DNA of 64,000 nucleotides from Porphyrobacter sp. (GTDB lineage Bacteria > Pseudomonadota > Alphaproteobacteria > Sphingomonadales > Sphingomonadaceae), in assembly GCA_041639595.1 (NCBI GenBank), contig JBEQBX010000001.1, positions 39,629 through 103,628 on the forward strand, in the 5' to 3' direction. Position numbers and translations under genes: made by a program. The notes under the pieces are model-generated. The model was not told where the DNA came from. It worked only from the letters and a program-made list of their open reading frames with translations, and searched no databases. Of the stretch, positions 1 to 9,622 are shown in pieces. Each line of letters begins with the position of its first letter. Positions within the stretch are counted from its first letter, which is position 1.

Positions 1-1666
1 TGGCCTGTCCCTGCGCATCACCGATCACGATCCACTCCGCGCGCGCCAGCGGCGATGCCGGATCAAGCTGATAACCGCGCCCGCCCGCGCTCAGCCAATG
101 TTCGCCAGATGGGTCCCGGCGGCGAGCGACAAAATCGGGGCGGGCCATCGCCAGCGCCTCAGCCGCGTCGCTGGCAGGACTGCCGCCGACCATCCCCGAA
201 AGCCCCGCAGCCTGTTTCGCCCACCCTTGTGCAATCCGCGCCGCCGCAATGCTGCGCTGGGCCCGGTCGCCGTGCCATCGGGACAGGCGCTGGAGCAAAT
301 CTTCACTCCGACCGCCCAGCCCGCGTTCCTGCAACAGCATCACCAGACGTGCCGCATCATCCCCGCAGCCCGCGCTTGATCCGTGAAGCACCGCTGCCGC
401 CTGTTCGGGTGCCATCGGCAATGCCGCAATCGCATCGCCCAGCGGCGTGATCCGCCCCGCGGCATCCAGCGCCCCCAGCGCCTCCAGCGCGCGCCGCGCC
501 GCTGTGACCGAAGCTTCGGGCGGCGGGTCGAGCCATGGCAGCGCCGCCGGGTTGGCCGTGCCCCACTTCGCCAATCGCAGCAGCAAGGGCGCAAGATCGG
601 CCTGCATGATTTCAGCCGGCGCGAATTCGGGGCGGCCCGCGTGGCCCGCTTCCTCCCACAACCGGTAGGCGACCCCCGGCCCCTGCCGTGCGGCGCGCCC
701 CGCCCGCTGCGCCGCCGAAGCCTGTGACGCACGCCGCGTGACGAGGTGCGTGGTGCCCGCCGCGCGGTCGAATTCGGCAAGCCGCGCCAGACCGCTGTCT
801 ATGACCACGCTGACCCCGTCCAAGGTGAGAGAGGTTTCTGCAATCGCCGTAGCCAGCACAATCCGGCGTCGGCCTTCAGGATCGCGGCGGATCGCGGCAC
901 GCTGCGCTGCCGGTTCGATCTGGCCATGCAGCGCATGGATCGGCACGTCAGACAAGCGCCCCGTCAGCCGTTCGCGCACCCGCTCAATCTCCCGCACGCC
1001 GGGGAGGAAGGCGAGGATATCGCCTGCCTCCCCGCGCCATGCCGTCACCACAGCGGCGACAATGCGATCCTCGATAGCTTGCGAGCCATCGCCGCCAAGC
1101 CATTTGATCGTCAGCGGAAAACTGCGACCTTCGCTTTCGATGACGCAGGCATCGTGCCCCAGCAGCTTTCCAAAACGCGCGCCATCAATGGTGGCCGACA
1201 TGACCAGCACCCGTAAATCCTCGCGCAGCACGGCCCGTGTCTCCAGCGCGAGCGCAAGACCCAGATCACTGTCGAGCGCGCGCTCGTGGGCCTCGTCGAA
1301 CAACAGCGCCGAAACGCCCGGAAGCTCCGGATCGTCGACCAACCTGTTCACCAGAATCGCTTCGGTGACGACAAGGATGCGAGTGCGGGCCGAAGTCTTG
1401 CTGTCCAGCCGGGTCATGTAGCCGACCGTCTCGCCCGGCTTTTCACCAAGCATTTCCGCCATGCGTTCCGCCGCAGCGCGGGCCGCCACGCGGCGGGGCG
1501 AAGTGACGATGATCTGGCCGGTGCACCACGGTTCGTGCAGCAAATCGGGCGCAACCGCAGTGGTTTTGCCAGCCCCCGGGGGCGCAATCAGCACGCCTGC
1601 ACCCTGCCCTGCCAATGCGGCACGGATTTCGGGAAGGACGGCGTGAATGGGGAGGTCGGGGTGCAT
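1..1666 (-). CDS. hrpB: ATP-dependent RNA helicase HrpB (5' part; runs off the window's left edge)
   Basis: Manual translation from ATG at 1666: MHPDLPIHAVLPEIRAALA..., Walker A APPGAGKTT, SPRRVAARAAAERMA, DEAHER, MSATIDG, LATSIAETSLTLDGV, QRAGRAARQG. Absent from the ORF track because it has no stop in the window. Confidence 0.93.
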   Translation of the reverse strand, partial: MHPDLPIHAVLPEIRAALAGQGAGVLIAPPGAGKTTAVAPDLLHEPWCTGQIIVTSPRRVAARAAAERMAEMLGEKPGETVGYMTRLDSKTSARTRILVVTEAILVNRLVDDPELPGVSALLFDEAHERALDSDLGLALALETRAVLREDLRVLVMSATIDGARFGKLLGHDACVIESEGRSFPLTIKWLGGDGSQAIEDRIVAAVVTAWRGEAGDILAFLPGVREIERVRERLTGRLSDVPIHALHGQIEPAAQRAAIRRDPEGRRRIVLATAIAETSLTLDGVSVVIDSGLARLAEFDRAAGTTHLVTRRASQASAAQRAGRAARQGPGVAYRLWEEAGHAGRPEFAPAEIMQADLAPLLLRLAKWGTANPAALPWLDPPPEASVTAARRALEALGALDAAGRITPLGDAIAALPMAPEQAAAVLHGSSAGCGDDAARLVMLLQERGLGGRSEDLLQRLSRWHGDRAQRSIAAARIAQGWAKQAAGLSGMVGGSPASDAAEALAMARPDFVARRRDPSGEHWLSAGGRGYQLDPASPLARAEWIVIGDAQGQA

Positions 1667-1686
1667 TGCCCCGGCCGATAGCTTGC

Positions 1687-2697
1687 TCAATGCCCGCGCG
1701 CGACCGCGAATTGCGCCGCTTCGGCCATGGCAGCGCGTGCCTTCCCGTCCGGAAAGATCGAGATCGCATCAATGGCGCGGTGGGCGAAGTGCCGCGCCCG
1801 TTCACGCGTGTCTTCCAATGCGTTGTGCTTGCCGATCAGCGCGATCGCGTGAGCGAGGTCAGCGTCGGACGAACGGTGTCCGATAATCGCATCCTTCCAG
1901 AACTTGCGCTCTTCCTCGTTCCCGCGCGCATAGGCGAGGATCACCGGCAGTGTCATCTTGCCTTCGCGGAAATCATCGCCCTGATCCTTGCCCATTTCCG
2001 CAGCATCGGAATCGTAATCGATCGCGTCGTCAACCAGCTGGAACGCCACGCCAAGATTGCGACCATAGGCTTCGAGCGCGTGCTCCTGTTCTTCCGAACA
2101 TTCCGCCACCACGGCGCTGATCTGGCTGGCCGCAGCGAACAGCGCAGCAGTTTTGGCACCGATGATGTGGAGGTATTGTTCTTCGCTGGTGTTGATCTGG
2201 CGCTGGGCGGAAAGCTGCGAAACCTCGCCTTCCGCGATTACGGCGCTGGCACGAGAGAGGATCGAAAGGACGCGCAAGGACCCGTCCTCGGTCATCAGTT
2301 CGAACGCGCGGCTGAACAGGAAATCCCCGACCAGCACGGTCGCCGGGTTGCCGAAAATGATATTGGCGGCTGCCTTCCCGCGCCTGAGTTCGCTGCCGTC
2401 TACCACATCATCGTGCAGCAGCGTGGCGGTATGAATGAACTCGACCGCGGCAGCCAGTTTGTGATGGCGGGTGCCTTTGTAGCCCACCAATTCCGCGCCA
2501 GCCAGAGTCAGCATCGGCCGCAGCCGCTTGCCCCCGCCCGAGATCAGATGGCCGGCCAAACGCGGGATCAGTGGTATCTCGCTTTGCATCCTGTCGAGGA
2601 TCACGGCGTTGACCGAATTCATCCCGCCCGCTGTCAGCGACAGCATGGGATCGAGCGTCGGTGCCTGGCGCGGCAGGGGAATGATGTCGGCACTCAT
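1687..2697 (-). CDS. ispB: Polyprenyl (octa/decaprenyl) diphosphate synthase
   Basis: GGKRLRP, first aspartate-rich motif LLHDDVVD..RRG, second motif FQLVDDAIDY, GKDQGDDFREGKMTLP. Confidence 0.93.
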   Translation of the reverse strand: MSADIIPLPRQAPTLDPMLSLTAGGMNSVNAVILDRMQSEIPLIPRLAGHLISGGGKRLRPMLTLAGAELVGYKGTRHHKLAAAVEFIHTATLLHDDVVDGSELRRGKAAANIIFGNPATVLVGDFLFSRAFELMTEDGSLRVLSILSRASAVIAEGEVSQLSAQRQINTSEEQYLHIIGAKTAALFAAASQISAVVAECSEEQEHALEAYGRNLGVAFQLVDDAIDYDSDAAEMGKDQGDDFREGKMTLPVILAYARGNEEERKFWKDAIIGHRSSDADLAHAIALIGKHNALEDTRERARHFAHRAIDAISIFPDGKARAAMAEAAQFAVARGH

Positions 2698-2765
2698 GCT
2701 GTCTTGGCATTAGGGCGGGCTGCGCGTGCTTGGCAAGCGCAGAATTGCTGCTAGTTTTGCGCCCT

Positions 2766-3071
2766 ATGCCGCACAATCCGCAAGCACCCGAGCCCGATCC
2801 TGTATTGGCCGCCTTCCGCAAAAGCATCGACAACATCGATGCGGCATTGATCCATATGCTGGCCGAACGGTTCAGGATCACGCAGGCGGTGGGCGAATAC
2901 AAGGCCAAGGCTACCCTGCCCCCCGCCGATCCGGGCCGCGAGGCGCGCCAGATCGAGCGGCTGAGGAAGCTGTCCGAAGAAGCTGACCTTGATCCCGAAT
3001 TCTCGGAAAAGTTCCTGCGCTTCATCATCGACGAAGTGATCCGCCACCACGAACGCGCAGCCGCAGGTTGA
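2766..3071 (+). CDS. Chorismate mutase (AroQ class / CM_2)
   Basis: FRKSIDNIDAALIHMLAERFRITQAVGEYKA..DPGRE; start placed at ATG 2766. Confidence 0.88.
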   Translation: MPHNPQAPEPDPVLAAFRKSIDNIDAALIHMLAERFRITQAVGEYKAKATLPPADPGREARQIERLRKLSEEADLDPEFSEKFLRFIIDEVIRHHERAAAG

Positions 3072-3120
3072 GGCACATCGGGGTGTTTCTGCCTCGCACT
3101 GCGAGGACGGAGCGCCGCCG

Positions 3121-4659
3121 TTAATCAGCGCGCGGCAGGCGCAGTTCGACCAACAGCCCGCCCAAATCCTCGCTGCTGCGCAATTCGACGCTGCCGCCAT
3201 AGATTTCCGCCACATCGCGCACGATAGCGAGGCCAAGCCCGGTGCCGGGCTTGTCCGTATCCAGCCGCACACCGCGATCAAAGATGCGAATCCGCTCCGC
3301 CTCGGGGATGCCGGTGCCGTCGTCCTCCACCCAGATGAGGCACATCCCGGGGTCGCGCGGTGCGTCGCTTTCGTCGGGATCGATCGTCACGAACACACTG
3401 CCCCCACCATATTTGGCGGCGTTTTCGATCAGGTTACCGAGCAATTCGTCAAGGTCCTGCCGTTCCAGCGAGACGGTGGCTGCCCTGTCGCCTGCGATGT
3501 CCAGCCGGCCTTCGGGGTAAAGCCGCTCCACCGCACGGCGCACGGCTTCGGCGCTCGCCATGACGTTGGTTCGCGCATGGCCAACAGCGCGGCGGCCCAC
3601 GGCGCGGGCGCGGGCCAGGTGGTGATCGACATGGCGCTGCATCGTCCGGGTTTCACGCATGACCGCCGTGCCCAGATCCGGCGCGCGGGCGGTGGCGGCA
3701 TTGGTCAGCACGGTCAGCGGCGTCTTGAGCGCGTGCGCGAGATTGCCCGCGTGGCGGCGGGCTTCCTCGGCCTGGCGTTCGGAATGTTCGAGAAGGCCGT
3801 TCAATTCCTCGACGAGCGGCTGGACTTCCAGCGGGAGCGGATCGGTAATGCGGCCCGCACCGGTCGTGCGCAGGTTCTGGATCGCCGCCCGCACCCGCCT
3901 GAGCGGCGAAAGCCCATAGCGGATTTGCAAGAGCGCCATGACCAGCAGGCCAAGGCCCAGTACTGCAAAGCTCCAGATCAGGATCAGCCGCACCCGCCCG
4001 ATCTGCGCGTCCATCTGCTCGGTCGCGCTGGCGACGGCGAAGGTCCAGCGGGTCTCGCTGCCCGGCAGGATTACGGTACGTTCGGCAATGCGCAGCGGTT
4101 CTCCGGCGAACTGGTCCGAATTGTAGAAATGCACATCGGTGTCGAAGTGGTCGCCATTCGCCTCGACGCCTTCCAGCTTCAGGGTCCGGTCCCACAAGCT
4201 GCGCGAAGCAAGAGGTTCATATCGCCCGCCGCTGATCTGCCAATAAAGCCCGCTGCCGGGTTCCAGAAAGCGTTGATCGCCAAGGGTGCGATAGAAATAG
4301 ATTTCGCTGCTCGCATCGATCTCGGCCGAGGAGATCATGGCGGTCAGGATGTAATCGAGCTGCTCGTCGAAATTTCGTTCGACCTGGGTTGTCAACGTGC
4401 GTTCCAGCGCCACGCCGCCAACCAGCAACAGCACGAAAATCCAGCCTGCCGCGATCATCACCATGCGCCGTGCAAGGCTCGCACGAGGCTTGTTCGCCGG
4501 ACGGGCGGTCAGATCTTTTCCGGGCCCTTGTTCGGGCACGTCAGCGCCCTCGCCCACAGGCAAGACGGCAGGCGGATTGCCGCCGGTTGCCGCGCCATCA
4601 GGCACACCCCTATGCTCGGGGCGCGTCGGCGGGATCGTCGAGGCTGTAACCGAGTCCAC
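3121..4659 (-). CDS. Membrane sensor histidine kinase (FeuQ/PhoQ-like); start uncertain
   Basis: Two TM segments, HAMP region, H-box LAHALKTPL, N-box NLIENAAKY, G1 VEDDGTG, G2 GTGLGLAIV. Confidence 0.9.
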   Translation of the reverse strand: MDSVTASTIPPTRPEHRGVPDGAATGGNPPAVLPVGEGADVPEQGPGKDLTARPANKPRASLARRMVMIAAGWIFVLLLVGGVALERTLTTQVERNFDEQLDYILTAMISSAEIDASSEIYFYRTLGDQRFLEPGSGLYWQISGGRYEPLASRSLWDRTLKLEGVEANGDHFDTDVHFYNSDQFAGEPLRIAERTVILPGSETRWTFAVASATEQMDAQIGRVRLILIWSFAVLGLGLLVMALLQIRYGLSPLRRVRAAIQNLRTTGAGRITDPLPLEVQPLVEELNGLLEHSERQAEEARRHAGNLAHALKTPLTVLTNAATARAPDLGTAVMRETRTMQRHVDHHLARARAVGRRAVGHARTNVMASAEAVRRAVERLYPEGRLDIAGDRAATVSLERQDLDELLGNLIENAAKYGGGSVFVTIDPDESDAPRDPGMCLIWVEDDGTGIPEAERIRIFDRGVRLDTDKPGTGLGLAIVRDVAEIYGGSVELRSSEDLGGLLVELRLPRAD

Positions 4660-5287
4660 GGATGGTCGTTATCACGTCTGCGCCAAGCTTCTTGCGGATG
4701 CGGGTGACGAACACTTCGATCGTATTCGAATCCCGATCGAAGTCCTGATCGTAGATATGTTCGATCAATTCGGTGCGGCTGACCACCTTGCCCTTGTGGT
4801 GCATCAGGTAGCTGAGCAGCTTGTATTCCTGCGCCGTCAGCTTGACCGGCTCACCGGCCAGCGTGACGCGGCCCGAACGGGTGTCAAGCCGCACGTCGCC
4901 TGCTGTCAGTTCCGACGAGGTGTTGCCCGAAGCGCGGCGGATCAGCGCGCGCAGGCGGGCGATCAGTTCCTCGGTCTGGAACGGCTTGGCAAGGTAATCG
5001 TCGGCGCCAGCATCAAGGCCCGCGACCTTGTCCGACCAGCTATCGCGCGCGGTGAGGACCAGCACCGGGAAGGTGCGCCCTTCGCGCCGCCACATGCCGA
5101 GCACGGTCAGCCCGTCGATTTCGGGCAGGCCGAGATCGAGTACGACGGCGTCATAATCTTCGGTCGAGCCCATGAAGTGCCCGTCTTCGCCATCGGTTGA
5201 AAGGTCGACGGCGTAGCCCTGTCCTTCCAACGTCGCCTTGAGCTGCGCGCCGAGGGTGGGTTCATCTTCGACGATCAGAATGCGCAT
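4610..5287 (-). CDS. OmpR-family response regulator (FeuP-like)
   Basis: REC domain (VEDE, LDLGLP, KPF) plus winged helix ..YDQDFDRDSNTIEVFV..TIRGLGY, typical of FeuP-like proteins. Confidence 0.92.
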   Translation of the reverse strand: MRILIVEDEPTLGAQLKATLEGQGYAVDLSTDGEDGHFMGSTEDYDAVVLDLGLPEIDGLTVLGMWRREGRTFPVLVLTARDSWSDKVAGLDAGADDYLAKPFQTEELIARLRALIRRASGNTSSELTAGDVRLDTRSGRVTLAGEPVKLTAQEYKLLSYLMHHKGKVVSRTELIEHIYDQDFDRDSNTIEVFVTRIRKKLGADVITTIRGLGYSLDDPADAPRA

Positions 5288-5407
5288 GATTGAACGTTGT
5301 CCTGATTAACGATGCCGCGGTTCGTGCGCTTTTGGCAGGGGTGCGTCAAGCAAGCGCGACGCGCCTTTCCTGCTGCTTTCCCCCGATGATCCTGCATTTG
5401 GCCAGCG

Positions 5408-5716
5408 TCAGCGCGAACGGCCAATGATCCGCCCGGTGCGGGCATCAACATCGACATAGGTGACGCGGCCTTCCTTGATGAACTTCAGCCGATAGGCCCG
5501 CGCCGTCGAATCATAGGCAAAGCCGAGATATTCGGCATCACGCATCGACGGCAGAATGCGCGCCTCGATCTCGCCCGACCGCATGATCTTGCCAGCACGC
5601 GCCTCACGCCGCGCCTCACCCTGGTCACCGCGCACCTGATCCTGCGCAGCGACAGGTGGTGCCGTCAGCATCAGGGCCGCAATCGCGCCGAGAACGGAGG
5701 GTAGATAGCATCTCAT
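5408..5716 (-). CDS. Small exported PepSY-like protein (FeuN-like position)
   Basis: Signal peptide ending VAA-Q; C-terminal YRLKF..GRVTYVDVDARTGRII PepSY signature; directly upstream of the RR-HK pair. Confidence 0.75.
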   Translation of the reverse strand: MRCYLPSVLGAIAALMLTAPPVAAQDQVRGDQGEARREARAGKIMRSGEIEARILPSMRDAEYLGFAYDSTARAYRLKFIKEGRVTYVDVDARTGRIIGRSR

Positions 5717-5744
5717 GACAGGATCATGCCTAGTGGGCGCCCAT

Positions 5745-5760
5745 TGAACAAGCCGTGAAT
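5745..5760 (-). promoter_or_regulatory. Candidate OmpR-type direct repeat (TGAAC-N6-TGAAT) upstream of the PepSY-RR-HK operon
   Basis: Two half-sites with 11-bp period about 30 bp upstream of the PepSY start codon. Confidence 0.4.
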
Positions 5761-5764
5761 GGTT

Positions 5765-6508
5765 TCAACCGGCGGCCGCGGCGCCTTGGCCCACCAGTTC
5801 ATAAGTCACCGTGACATTGATGCCGGTGGACACCATGCCCGGCTGCACAGGCGGCAAGGCAGCAAAATCCGCCGACGCGCGGACTTTGGCCATTGGCGGC
5901 ATGGGACCGCTGCCTGACATGGATTCGGAAATGCTGAGCACCCTTGCCCCCGCATAGCCAAGCATGGCGGCGTAAGACTTCGCCTGCGCCGCAGCCCTGG
6001 CCATCGCCCGCGTTCTGGCAGTATCAACCGCAGGCTGGACATCATCAATCCCGAAAGCCGGGCCGCTGAGATCGGTCGCGCCTGCGGAAACCAGCGCATC
6101 GAGCACCCTGCCGGTCTCGTCGATTTTGCGCAGGATAATACTCACCCGGTTGGATGCCTGATAACCGCGAAACACCTGCTTCTGGGTGTCCTGATCGTAA
6201 TCGTACCGTGCATTGAGGTTGATGCCGGTCGTCTGGATATCCTTTTCCGCAATGCCCAGTGTCTTGATGCGAGCGATCACCTTCTGCATTTCGGCCGAAT
6301 TCAGGCGCAAAGCCTCACTCGCGGTCGGAGCATCGCTGGTCACACCGGCGCCGATGGTTGCCAGATCAGGGGCAATTTCGACACTTTCAAAGACATTGAG
6401 TTCGACCACCGGCCCGCTCGCCGCAATGTCGATCTGCGGCGCGGCAACCGCGACCGACGGAGCAGACATGGCAGCGGCGGCAACGAAAACGATGGCTGGC
6501 TTTATCAT
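5765..6508 (-). CDS. SIMPL domain (DUF541) periplasmic protein
   Basis: Signal peptide MIKPAIVF..; APDLATIGAGV, DIQTTGINL, GYQASNRVSI, ISES, PVQPG motifs. Confidence 0.88.
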   Translation of the reverse strand: MIKPAIVFVAAAAMSAPSVAVAAPQIDIAASGPVVELNVFESVEIAPDLATIGAGVTSDAPTASEALRLNSAEMQKVIARIKTLGIAEKDIQTTGINLNARYDYDQDTQKQVFRGYQASNRVSIILRKIDETGRVLDALVSAGATDLSGPAFGIDDVQPAVDTARTRAMARAAAQAKSYAAMLGYAGARVLSISESMSGSGPMPPMAKVRASADFAALPPVQPGMVSTGINVTVTYELVGQGAAAAG

Positions 6509-6621
6509 CAGGAAAATCCTCCAATTCGCCGTGCCAATGGCGCAGCCCGGCTTTCCCGCGACTGAACCGGATTGGCGCGCGGACTTGTCGCTGGACAAGC
6601 GAAGCCCTAGGTGGCGCGGCA

Positions 6622-8457
6622 ATGGCACAGCCCCCCATCTTTTCGTTCGAAGGCCTCGCTTTGCAACAGGGCGGCCGCTGGCTGTTCGGCGGGCCAACGC
6701 CAACCACTGGCGCAGCGCCGATCGACCTGCACGTTCTGCCGGGCGACAGGCTGGCGCTGATCGGGCGCAACGGCGCAGGCAAAACCACGCTGCTGCGGCT
6801 GATCACTGGCCAGATCGACGCGGATCGCGGACAGCGGCGGATCAAACCGGGGACAAAGATCGTCTTCCTTGAACAAGACCCTGATTTCAAACTTTACCCC
6901 ACTCTGATGGACTTTGCGATCGGCGGCGATGATGCGCCCGCCGCCCATGAGGTTGAAGCCATTGCCGGACAGCTCGGCATCGATATGAGCCGGCCTGCCG
7001 ACACCGCCAGCGGCGGTGAAAAACGCCGCGCCGCCATTGCCCGGGCGCTGGCGCAGGAGCCGGATCTGATCCTGCTGGACGAGCCGACCAACCACCTCGA
7101 TCTGGCGGCGATTGACTGGCTGGAGGACTGGCTGTCCCGTTACCGCGGCGCCTTTATCACCATCTCGCACGACCGCACCTTCCTAACCCGACTGACGCGG
7201 GCCACCCTGTGGCTCGACCGCGGCACCTTGCGGCGCAAGGATGTGGGCTTTGGCGGTTACGAAGCGTGGGAAGAAACGGTCTATGCCGAAGAAGCCCGCA
7301 ACGCTGACCGCCTTGATGCGAAACTGAAACTTGAAGCGCACTGGCTGGAACGCGGCGTGACCGCGCGGCGCAAGCGCAATCAGGGCCGGCTGGAGAAACT
7401 CCACCAGATGCGGGCGACCCGGGCAGCGATGATTTCCGGCGCGGGGACCGCCAAGCTGAAGCTTGCCAGCGATGACGATTTCAAGTCGAAATCGGTGATC
7501 GTCGCCGAAAACATATCAAAGACGTATGGCGAGCGGGCGATCATCAAGCCGTTTTCCCTGCGCATCCAGAACGGCGACCGGATCGGGATTGTCGGATCGA
7601 ACGGCGCGGGCAAGACCACCCTGCTCAAATTGCTCACGAAAGAGCTTGAACCCGACACCGGCACCATCACCCATGCGCGCACGCTGACAGGTGTGATGAT
7701 CGATCAGCAAAGGAAGCTGCTGGAACCGGGGGCGACGGTCCGCCAGATTCTTGCCGAAGGGGGCGACTGGATCGATGTTCGCGGGGTGCGAAAGCACGTC
7801 ATGGCTTACCTCAAGGACTTCCTGTTCGATCCCGGTCTGGTCGACACCAAGATCGGCATTCTGTCAGGCGGAGAGCGATCGCGCCTGCTGCTTGCGCGCG
7901 AATTTGCGCGCACCGCAAACCTGCTGGTGCTGGATGAGCCGACCAATGACCTTGATCTGGAAACCCTTGATCTTCTTCAGGAAGTCATTGCTGATTTCGA
8001 TGGCACCGTGCTGATCGTCAGCCACGATCGCGACTTTTTGGATCGCACGGTCACCATCACGCTGGGGCTCGACGGGTCGGGCAAGGTGGATATTGTGGCC
8101 GGCGGCTATGCCGATTGGGAAGCCAAGCGCAAAGCGCCGCCAACGGGGGGCAAGACGGGGTCTAGCGGGGGTCAAAGCCGGGCTACCCTTGCGCAAACCG
8201 CCCCTGAAAAAAAGCCCGCTGCGGCGGTCAAATTGTCCTACAAGGACCAGCGGGATTACGAAATCCTGCCCGCCCGGATCGATGAACTGGAAGCCGCCAT
8301 CGCCAAGGGTGAAGCGCTGCTGGGCGATCCCGAACTCTACGCAAAGGAACCGCAACGGTTCGCAGACATCAGCCAGGGCATCGCCAATGCCCGGGCTGAA
8401 AAGGACGCTGCGGAAGAACGCTGGCTGATGCTTGCCGAAATGGTCGAGGGCGGGTGA
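6622..8457 (+). CDS. uup: ABC-F family ATPase, Uup-like
   Basis: Two ABC domains (GRNGAGKTT, SGGE, LLDEPTNHLD; GSNGAGKTT, LDEPTNDLD), GVTARRKRNQGR linker, C-terminal coiled coil KLSYKDQR..EERWL. Confidence 0.88.
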   Translation: MAQPPIFSFEGLALQQGGRWLFGGPTPTTGAAPIDLHVLPGDRLALIGRNGAGKTTLLRLITGQIDADRGQRRIKPGTKIVFLEQDPDFKLYPTLMDFAIGGDDAPAAHEVEAIAGQLGIDMSRPADTASGGEKRRAAIARALAQEPDLILLDEPTNHLDLAAIDWLEDWLSRYRGAFITISHDRTFLTRLTRATLWLDRGTLRRKDVGFGGYEAWEETVYAEEARNADRLDAKLKLEAHWLERGVTARRKRNQGRLEKLHQMRATRAAMISGAGTAKLKLASDDDFKSKSVIVAENISKTYGERAIIKPFSLRIQNGDRIGIVGSNGAGKTTLLKLLTKELEPDTGTITHARTLTGVMIDQQRKLLEPGATVRQILAEGGDWIDVRGVRKHVMAYLKDFLFDPGLVDTKIGILSGGERSRLLLAREFARTANLLVLDEPTNDLDLETLDLLQEVIADFDGTVLIVSHDRDFLDRTVTITLGLDGSGKVDIVAGGYADWEAKRKAPPTGGKTGSSGGQSRATLAQTAPEKKPAAAVKLSYKDQRDYEILPARIDELEAAIAKGEALLGDPELYAKEPQRFADISQGIANARAEKDAAEERWLMLAEMVEGG

Positions 8458-9062
8458 CGCCCCCCGCACCGGGGGATCACATCGAAACGCTTCGCCAACG
8501 GATCGCCGCCTGCACCTTGTGTGCGGCCCACCTCCCGTTCGGCCCGCGCCCGATTGCGCGCTTTTCCGCGACCAGCCGCATCCTCATCATCGGGCAGGCG
8601 CCGGGTAGCAAGGTTCACGCGAGCGGTGTGCCGTGGGACGATGACAGCGGCGACCGGCTGCGCGATTGGCTGGGGCTGGACAAAGCCACTTTCTATGATG
8701 CGGCCAATGTGGCCCAGATGCCGATGGGCTTCTGCTATCCGGGCAAAGCCAGCGGCGGCGATGCCCCACCGCGCAAGGAATGCCCGCCGAAGTGGCACGA
8801 TGCAGTGCTTGGCGTGCTGCCGCCGGAGCGCCTGACCCTGCTGGTCGGCATTCACGCCCAGGCCCGTTATCTGCCGCATCTCAAGCGGCTTTCGCTTGCT
8901 GAGCGGGTCAGCCGCTATGGTGAAGACCTGCCATTTGTCGCTCTGCCCCACCCTGCGTGGCGATCGCGGATGTTCATGGCGAAGCACCCGTGGTTCGACG
9001 GCGACATTCTCCCGCAATTGCGCGCTCGGGTACAGGCGATGCTGGGTCACGTGATCCGGTAA
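8454..9062 (+). CDS. Uracil-DNA glycosylase superfamily protein
   Basis: ACTLC, ILIIGQAPG, SGVPWDDDSGDRLRDWLG, MGFCYPG, ECPPKWH, LPHPAWR; GTGA overlap with the uup stop. Confidence 0.85.
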   Translation: MTPPAPGDHIETLRQRIAACTLCAAHLPFGPRPIARFSATSRILIIGQAPGSKVHASGVPWDDDSGDRLRDWLGLDKATFYDAANVAQMPMGFCYPGKASGGDAPPRKECPPKWHDAVLGVLPPERLTLLVGIHAQARYLPHLKRLSLAERVSRYGEDLPFVALPHPAWRSRMFMAKHPWFDGDILPQLRARVQAMLGHVIR

Positions 9063-9526
9063 AATTCCGCGACCCGTTCCAGCGCGATGCGCAAGACCAG
9101 CTTCCCGCTGCGCACCGGCCAGCCCAGCGTCTTTTCCGCTTCGGGCAGACCTTCACCCGCGCAGACGACGCGCCAGAGGATATCTTCCAGCCCGCGCCCT
9201 GCCGCACTGATCGCCCCGTCAAACCGCCGCCGCGCCGCGATCTGTTTCTCTGTGGCTGACAACCCGCGCTCGCCCGTCGATGTCACCCGCACCGGATCCC
9301 AGCGCATGGTGATGCTGGCTGAAAGCTGCGCCTTTTCATAATCCGCCCGCAGCGCCTCGCCTGCATCGAACAGCCGCGTATCAATGTGCCCGCGCGCGTG
9401 CAGCCATGCCAGCGGGCTTTCGGCGAGGTTCACGGTGACCGTGCGGCGCGGCCTTGCCCCGCCCTTGACCGCGCCGTTGCGCGGGCCTTCCGGGGTGAGT
9501 TCGCGTTCGACCAACTGGCGCTTCAT
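9047..9526 (-). CDS. DUF6456 protein, homolog of the GafA C-terminal domain / Caulobacter GafZ (GTA activator family)
   Basis: VNLAESPLAWL..AGEALRADYE..ARRRFDGAI..GLEDILWRVVCAGEGL..AEKTLGWPVRSGKLVLRIALERV matches the GafA C-terminal pattern as I recall it; GGAAGGA RBS before ATG 9526. Confidence 0.8.
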   Translation of the reverse strand: MKRQLVERELTPEGPRNGAVKGGARPRRTVTVNLAESPLAWLHARGHIDTRLFDAGEALRADYEKAQLSASITMRWDPVRVTSTGERGLSATEKQIAARRRFDGAISAAGRGLEDILWRVVCAGEGLPEAEKTLGWPVRSGKLVLRIALERVAEFYRIT

Positions 9527-9622
9527 TATGTTTCCTTCCACGTGTTGAACGGCGAAGGCTTGCCAAGTCGGCGCATCTGTAGGAAAGAACAAACCAATCC
9601 GGTTAATTCACGCGAGAACCCC

